Source: Octopus bimaculoides (lineage: Eukaryota). Taken from it: a DNA stretch of 58,124 bases. The stretch's first letter is position 1, and each line of letters begins with the position of its first letter. The notes under the pieces are model-generated. The model had not been told where the DNA came from and made no database searches. It saw only the letters and a list, made by a program, of their open reading frames with translations. Both the position numbers and the translations under genes were made by a program. The stretch covers positions 52,221,370-52,279,493 of the forward strand of contig NC_068994.1 of NCBI RefSeq assembly GCF_001194135.2, read 5' to 3'. This document shows, piece after piece, positions 50,753 to 58,124 of the stretch.

Positions 50753-51419
50753 GCCTGTCGTGTGTGTAAATATATATGTATATATATATATTTACACAGA
50801 CACACGCCTATATATATATATATATATATGGGTACTTGACTTTAATTTCCTTAATGAATTTTCCTATATTTCCTTATTAGCCTTTTATGTTTCGTTTAGA
50901 GCAATAGCATTTTAAAATCCAAGAACATTTCATGGCCTTGTTTGTGTTTTAGCTGACAATTTTCTGTAACCGACGCTATTTACAGAAGTTAGACGTGGAT
51001 TTTTCAATTAATTTTAAATTATCGTAGCTTAAGGAAGTGAATTATCTCTAACAAAAGTTTAAGACCCTTTTCCATAAATAATGACTTTTATGCTGCTGGT
51101 ATCAGCATGTTACTTCAATACATTAATTAGGTAGGAAGAAATGCAAAAAAGATTCGTATTGATTAAAATAAAAATTTTGCGCTCAAGAATTAGGTCTGAA
51201 GACGTTTAATGACCTAATGTGGCGAATATTTTTCATTTTAATCTTTTAAAACATCATCTATTAGAGTTAAGGCTTCTGCTTCTAAATTTATCACCACTGA
51301 TAAAAATAAAATCAACATTCGTGTGCAAAACTGTCATTATTTGCACAGTCCTCTACAAATTTTGTGGGAAGAAGCAATCGACCATATATAAACAAATGCG
51401 CTATTTGATTAATAAGTAA

Positions 51420-51530
51420 CTCATCCGATCCCACTCCCAAAGGACGAAAGAATATATCAAACTCGGTAGGATTTGAAACCAGAATACTGAAGTAATACAT
51501 CGATACAGCAACAGTATTTTGTCTGACACT
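51420..51530 (-). mobile_element. SINE family D, highly degenerate
   Basis: aaaggacgaaag...actcggtaggatttgaaaccagaat. Confidence 0.45.
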
Positions 51531-51542
51531 TATCTGGGAACA

Positions 51543-51913
51543 TTGTTGTTGTTGGCACTCCGTCGCTTACGACGTCGAGGGTACCAGTTGATCTGATCAA
51601 CGGAACAGCCTGCTCGTGAAATTAACGGCTGAGCACTCCACAGACACGTGTACCCTTAACGTAGTTCTCGGAGATATTCAGTGTGACAAAAATGACCCTT
51701 TGAATTATAGGCACAACAGAAACAGGAAGTAAGAGTGAGAGAAAGTTGTGGTGAAAGAGTACAGCAGGGTTCGCCAGCATCCCCTGCCGGAGCCTCGTGG
51801 AGCTTTAGGTGTTTTCGCTCAATAAACACTGATAACGCCCGGTCTGGGAATCGAAACTGCGATCCTAAGACCGCGAGTCCGCTGCCCTAACCACTGGGCC
51901 ATTGCGCCTCCAC
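51543..51913 (-). mobile_element. tRNA-derived SINE family B, near full length with good Pol III boxes
   Basis: A box TGGCCCAGTGG (51891-51901), B box GTTTCGATTCC (51847-51857), (AAC)n tail. Confidence 0.92.
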
Positions 51914-53960
51914 GTCTGGGAACGTATACAGATCACCAAAATCATATTCCGACGCTTTAACTATTTCATAAATATACAGTATTCTTTGTCATATCCCAAC
52001 GACTCTGCACCGATTCAGCTCATAAATCGCACTCATTTCTCGACTCTTTATCGATTCCGCAATTACATTCCTTTTGTCTTCATATTCCGACATTATAATA
52101 TTGCTACCAATGTACCCGGCTCACATTTCACATTAATATTTAAAAACCAATTTAGTCGTATTTTAATGTTTCATTTCATTCTTCATTATTATACAAAAAA
52201 AAAAAAGAAAAAAGAAAAAAAAGAAATGCAGAAAAATTAACATGGAATTGAAATAATCTATGTCTGGTAATTTACAAAAACAAACAACCCCGAAAGAATA
52301 ACACGTATCAAAACATACATGTAAAAACAAAGAAACAAAAAAATACAAACAGTACAGCAACACAGTTACACACACTCATACAGAATAATCATATATTTTT
52401 CTTTGATGTTTCTTTTTCTCTTTTATTCATGATTGCGAATAAACGTCCATTTGGTTTTAATACAACATTTGTACTGCTTAATGAAACCAGGACACACGAG
52501 ACTGAAAAAAAAAAAAAAAAGCAGAAATAAAACATATGCCGTGATTGTAGTTTTCGAATATTCAAATGGAAAAAGACAACGACGTTTATTAGAGGATTTT
52601 ATTTGCTTCCATTGATGATCAAAGAAATTATAATGCTTATTATTGTATGCAGAATGCACTTAGATTAACATTTAAAAAGATAGAAAAAAATGAAAAATAG
52701 TTTTCGTGATAATCTAAATGTTATTGCTCTAAAATTTCTACACACTTTATGTAGCCAAGAGAATCACAGTTCCAATACAAGGAAACGCATCATCGTATTT
52801 CATTGATGATTCCAATATTAATTTTGTATTGTAAAGCAATTTACAATAATCTGTATTCGTTGTCTTTCTTCAAACTCTTCGTCATATATACAGAAAGAGA
52901 AACAGATACATATAAACACACACATATGCCTAACTGTGGGTCGGTTTGTATGTGTATTTATATTTAAATGCCAAGGAATCGAGCTGTGAGAAACTCTTTT
53001 TGTTTGCCCATATATCAAACACTGTGAAAATATGCTTGCATTGTTTTACTTATCTCAAAGCTAATCTTTCTAGTATTTAAATTTGTTTCAAGGCTGATTC
53101 TAACAGTGTTGACAGGTGGCTAAATTTGATCTCTGTGTAAATGTAAATCCCAAATCGTAAAGCATCTTGCTGTACACATAACAAATTCTGCCAATTGTTT
53201 CTGGCCAATGTAAATTTGCTGGAAGTATGTGGTCAGTAAGATATCGAGAACAGTATTGGTACCTATTTCGCCCCTTGTTGATAACTGGTTATTGTTTGAC
53301 TGGCGAAATTTGAACTAGGAAAATAAAAAAGCCGTAACTAAATTCTGAAAACTATTTTGTACGACACTCTAACAGATTCAATCATCCAACGTTTTATTCC
53401 TAACTCTTAAATGAACTGAATTGTTCATATTTAAATAAGAAAAAGCAACTGTGTGGTCAGACATATAATAAAACCTTTATGCTCGATTAGAACTTGTATT
53501 GATGAATAAGCAGCCAAGAGCAAAAATACATTATCTATGTAGCTATTTATTCTACTTGCAGCACAATTGGAATGTTCTGTTTTATAGCTCTCACCATATA
53601 CAGTATTTCCATTTAGACTTCATACATTTTAAATCGAAAATAAAAGTCTTTTATAGCGAGATTTTTTTATGTCTTCTTCTTTGGTTGATCTACCAAAATA
53701 CATTGTTAAATCATGTATAAAAAATACATTTGATAAATAAATGCTATAAAGTAACATTGCAGTAATGTAGTTACTATTCGTTCTTCATTTCTTCTTTGTG
53801 CATTTACTTTTCACCTATGAAAATGGAGTTGTAGCATTTGTGGTGACTACTGCTTGTTGAACAAATGTATTTTGCCATCACCTTCCTTTATGGTTTTAAA
53901 CTCAGCTAACCGCTTTTAGATTTTTGTTGTTCTAGCATAAAACGATTCGTATGAAAACGT

Positions 53961-53980
53961 TATGGCGCCGACCAATCACA
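53961..53980 (+). promoter_or_regulatory. Possible CCAAT (NF-Y) box with adjacent TGGCGCC motif
   Basis: tatggcgccgaccaatcaca in locally CpG-richer unique sequence; motif match only. Confidence 0.3.
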
Positions 53981-54801
53981 GTTCGTTTATGGTTAAGTTA
54001 AGGTACTTGGTTACCTGGTCATGTGCAATGAACCTAAAGTTGTGTCACTTTAGTAAGTGCTGATAAAGAACGCTCCTTTGTTCTTTCGTAAAAAAAGAGA
54101 AAAAGACGAAAATTTGAAATAACATCGATTTTTTAGGAAAAATGGTTGTTTTAATTCCCCCAACTCAGAAAAAACAAGAAAATAATAATGTAAATAGCAA
54201 TAAAGTATATCAACCAAAATATTCCAGCATCAGAGTCACTAATTTGTTAATGTAAGTTTAGATCACACATAATTCTCGGGAAGGGTATTTGAGATGCCCC
54301 GAAGGCGGCACAGACAACCGCTGTGTTCTTGTACTTTGTTAAAATTATATCGGAGTATATATTACTAGAGTTCATTCAGTTATCGATAGACACGCTCCTA
54401 CAAAAATGTCTTTCACTTACATCAATATATAGAATAAGTTTTGGGGAGTGAGGTAGACTGAGACGGTAAGTTTCGAGCGAACGGAGACTTCGATGTGTCT
54501 TCTGTATTCAGGGGCAACTATTTCAAGTAACGCTTGCCTTATTACTGCTCCGAGGTAATGTATAACCATTTCAGTCGTTTTGCATTTAAATACTTTAAAT
54601 ATTGAGACATTAAGCTAAATACAAATGTAAAGGTACGCTCTCATCATAGTTTTAGTCGTTAGTTCAAACCATGCCGTGTTTGGATCGAGTAGCAGCAAAT
54701 TCTCTCTGTTCATGCGTGAAATAAATCAATAAATTTAGTTGAGAAAACTGATTATAGTCTCATATTATGGTGGCTCTTGGTGTTGTTGGTGGTGATGATG
54801 A

Positions 54802-54802
<1 letters not shown>

Positions 54803-54880
<78 letters not shown>
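54803..54880 (-). repeat. (TAA)n array on the minus strand, probable 3' tail or target of F4 across the gap
   Basis: Seen directly; linkage to F4 is inferred through N gap 54881-55527. Confidence 0.9.
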
Positions 54881-55527
54881 NNNNNNNNNNNNNNNNNNNN
54901 NNNNNNNNNNNNNNNNNNNNNNNNNNNNNNNNNNNNNNNNNNNNNNNNNNNNNNNNNNNNNNNNNNNNNNNNNNNNNNNNNNNNNNNNNNNNNNNNNNNN
55001 NNNNNNNNNNNNNNNNNNNNNNNNNNNNNNNNNNNNNNNNNNNNNNNNNNNNNNNNNNNNNNNNNNNNNNNNNNNNNNNNNNNNNNNNNNNNNNNNNNNN
55101 NNNNNNNNNNNNNNNNNNNNNNNNNNNNNNNNNNNNNNNNNNNNNNNNNNNNNNNNNNNNNNNNNNNNNNNNNNNNNNNNNNNNNNNNNNNNNNNNNNNN
55201 NNNNNNNNNNNNNNNNNNNNNNNNNNNNNNNNNNNNNNNNNNNNNNNNNNNNNNNNNNNNNNNNNNNNNNNNNNNNNNNNNNNNNNNNNNNNNNNNNNNN
55301 NNNNNNNNNNNNNNNNNNNNNNNNNNNNNNNNNNNNNNNNNNNNNNNNNNNNNNNNNNNNNNNNNNNNNNNNNNNNNNNNNNNNNNNNNNNNNNNNNNNN
55401 NNNNNNNNNNNNNNNNNNNNNNNNNNNNNNNNNNNNNNNNNNNNNNNNNNNNNNNNNNNNNNNNNNNNNNNNNNNNNNNNNNNNNNNNNNNNNNNNNNNN
55501 NNNNNNNNNNNNNNNNNNNNNNNNNNN

Positions 55528-55890
55528 TAGTGCAATTTTCTGTATGTTATATATACTTGTAAGTCCTGGTGTTTTTGTTATGTATTTTTCTGAATATTTT
55601 TTTATTATACTTAAGGCACCTACTATGATAGGAATTGTTTCTGTTTTTAGATTCCACATTCGAGTTACCTCTATTTCCAGGTCTTTGTATTTTGAAAGTT
55701 TTTCCATTTCTTTTAGGGAAACGTTGTCATCTGCTGGTATTCATACATCAATTAGAAAGCATTTTTATTCTTCATGATCTTTGACAACTATATCTGGTCT
55801 ATTGGCCTTAATTTCTCTATCTGTGTGTATTGGCATATCCCAGAGTATGGTTGCTTTCTCGTTTTCTGTGACCTTTTCTGGAGTGTGTCT
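55528..55890 (-). mobile_element. R4/Dong-like fragment F4 (RLE domain), two in-frame stops
   Basis: HTPEKVTENEKATILWDMPIHTDREIKANRPDIVVKDHEE*KCFLIDV*IPADDNVSLKEMEKLSKYKDLEIEVTRMWNLKTETIPIIVGAL...IQKIAL. Confidence 0.9.
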
Positions 55891-55949
55891 AACGATTTTA
55901 GAATAGGTGCATCTAACGTCTGTGTAATTTTGCTCGTGAGGGCGAACAT

Positions 55950-56005
55950 CCATACTCGTTGAGATCGAACACGGAACCTTGTGAATGCTAAAGCGAAGTT
56001 TTAAC
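55950..56005 (-). mobile_element. Decayed tRNA-derived SINE head (family unassigned)
   Basis: Reverse complement ggtcgtggagttaaaac...aaggttccgtgttcgatctc, weak A/B boxes. Confidence 0.35.
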
Positions 56006-56607
56006 TCCACGACCTTGTATAGTCTGAGTAGTAAGTTTGTTGCATCTGTACACCGCACTAACCAACAATGCAACAAAGAAAATATCACAAGAAAATAACA
56101 TCAGAAAATAGCAAACGAAATCGCAAAGTCTATGCAGTTGTATTATATAAATGAAAATGTAATAAACTTTGAAACTATTAAATATGAGGTTAAAACAAAC
56201 CATAAACGTATATAGACTATCATGTAACTACACTGCAGGAAAGCACTTACTGTATCACACCTTACTAGACAATAGCCATAGCACAATATTATATTTTCAT
56301 ACGGTAACACGGAGAAAATAAATCGCAAAGCAGAAAGTTTAATTAGTCACGGTCGTAGGGTTTAGAATTTCATACACGAAAGCTAAGATCTATAAATAGA
56401 ATGATTAGAGACATTTTAATATTTCTACTTATTATGCTATAATGAACAGCGTTGAATAATCAATTGTAAAATTTCAAAACGTACTTAGCCACACACAGAC
56501 ACACACACACACACGCACAATCCTATGCTCACATAAGCAGTCGCACATATCGACTAACAAATATGTGCACACTGTTCGTAAATATGTTTATATATAATCT
56601 GTAGTAT

Positions 56608-56698
56608 AGCAACTTCGGCAAGTGTCTATTACTGTAGCCTCGGGCCGACTAAAGCCTTGTAGATGGACTTGGCAGATGGAAACCGAAAGAATCCCGTC

Positions 56699-56732
<34 letters not shown>
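56608..56732 (+). mobile_element. SINE family A core, running into its internal (TA)n and a gap
   Basis: cggcaagtgtctattactgtagcctcgggccgactaaagccttgt...gaatcccgtcgtatata. Confidence 0.85.
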
Positions 56733-57299
56733 NNNNNNNNNNNNNNNNNNNNNNNNNNNNNNNNNNNNNNNNNNNNNNNNNNNNNNNNNNNNNNNNNNNN
56801 NNNNNNNNNNNNNNNNNNNNNNNNNNNNNNNNNNNNNNNNNNNNNNNNNNNNNNNNNNNNNNNNNNNNNNNNNNNNNNNNNNNNNNNNNNNNNNNNNNNN
56901 NNNNNNNNNNNNNNNNNNNNNNNNNNNNNNNNNNNNNNNNNNNNNNNNNNNNNNNNNNNNNNNNNNNNNNNNNNNNNNNNNNNNNNNNNNNNNNNNNNNN
57001 NNNNNNNNNNNNNNNNNNNNNNNNNNNNNNNNNNNNNNNNNNNNNNNNNNNNNNNNNNNNNNNNNNNNNNNNNNNNNNNNNNNNNNNNNNNNNNNNNNNN
57101 NNNNNNNNNNNNNNNNNNNNNNNNNNNNATATATAACGTAAAGTATGTTTGCCACTTAAGTGCGGCTGAACCCTAAGGGTGGATGTTACTGTTGCTTTTA
57201 GCCCCAGGAGAACATCTATTCCAGCTGGCTATTGACACACATCTGTGTCCTGTCTGTATTTGCAAAGGGAAGTCATATTCTTTGCTGTCACACACACGC

Positions 57300-57333
<34 letters not shown>

Positions 57334-57544
57334 CACACACGCTAATCTCAAACAGTGAGAATGAGTACTCAAAGCCACGTTCGTGGATAAGTATTCTTTT
57401 TTGTGCGTTAATCAGTATTCTCATCCAAAGTGGAGACAATTACCAACGGTCCCATGTGATACGCTAGCACAATTGTAAAGAATCTCGTTACTAGAAACCA
57501 TCAGTAGCCTTATTAACCCACAAACTGTGTGGGTGGGTGTATGT

Positions 57545-57647
57545 GTGTGTGTGTGTGTTTATGTTTGTCAACCATCACAGCTTCACAGTCTAGTTTTGAT
57601 TTGCTTACGTCCCTGTTAACTTAGCGGTTCAGCAAAGGCGATGGATA
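57545..57647 (+). mobile_element. SINE family A 3' fragment, degenerate
   Basis: ttacgtccctgttaacttagcggttcagcaaagg. Confidence 0.55.
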
Positions 57648-58124
57648 TCGTACATATTGTACGCCACATAACACTATTTACCTCACCGTCATCCCCCTCG
57701 TTTTATTAATGCTCAGAACCAGAATACAGACTAGCTGAAGATCACGCAACCTTTTACCAGCTTGAGTAGTACCGAAGCTTTTCCATTCAAACTCACTTTG
57801 AATTGTACTAAGAAACCAGCCCTTATTTTTTATGCTATTTCTGTGGATGAATCACTTCGCTTTATGTATTTAAAGATACTGGAATGAAATGATGTATCGG
57901 CTTGATGTTTTCTCAGAAGGTTAGCAGTGATTATGTTGTTAGTAAACACTACATTAAACAATAATATCTGAAATACGATCAGAGTTTCGACATTCCTGGA
58001 ACTTATCTTCTTTGTTTTAAACCCGTGCAATATTTGAAATTTAATTGGAAATCAAACTTTTTATGCAAAAAAATTATCTATGCATCAATGCAACTATGCC
58101 GGTCTCTAAATCTGTACATACAAA

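Noticed and set aside
51845-51910. tRNA gene (also at 720-790, 17763-17830 and other SINE heads)
   Set aside because: A/B boxes are present, but there is no closing acceptor stem and the sequence continues into SINE bodies
54455-54530. Second hammerhead on the minus strand (ctcgaaac motif)
   Set aside because: No CUGANGA core at the correct spacing and no stem II

Overview
Non-coding, very AT-rich animal genomic DNA. The SINE families and extreme microsatellite load point to an octopus genome (recognised from memory, not by database search). It is a gappy short-read assembly with about 23 N gaps totalling roughly 7 kb, mostly bordered by simple repeats. No host protein-coding gene can be identified with confidence, and most ORFs in the track are microsatellite or N artefacts. 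The window is a dense mosaic of: (i) four modular tRNA-derived SINE families (labelled A-D here); (ii) five 5'-truncated R4/Dong-like non-LTR retrotransposon fragments with restriction-like endonuclease motifs, all sitting at (TAA)n arrays, plus an unclassified (TAA)n-tailed repeat E; (iii) RTE-like LINE fragments; (iv) three Tc1/mariner families, including a MITE; (v) a probable Penelope-like terminal repeat. The best leads are a minimal hammerhead-ribozyme-like motif (20460-20495), a head-to-tail SINE trimer with identical junctions that suggests self-targeted insertion (37328-37955), two clusters of R4/Dong elements on oppositely oriented (TAA)n arrays, SINE module swaps and chimeras, a perfect 290-bp palindrome next to a gap, and a possible promoter plus first-exon donor near 54 kb. 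Boundaries of degenerate repeats are approximate.
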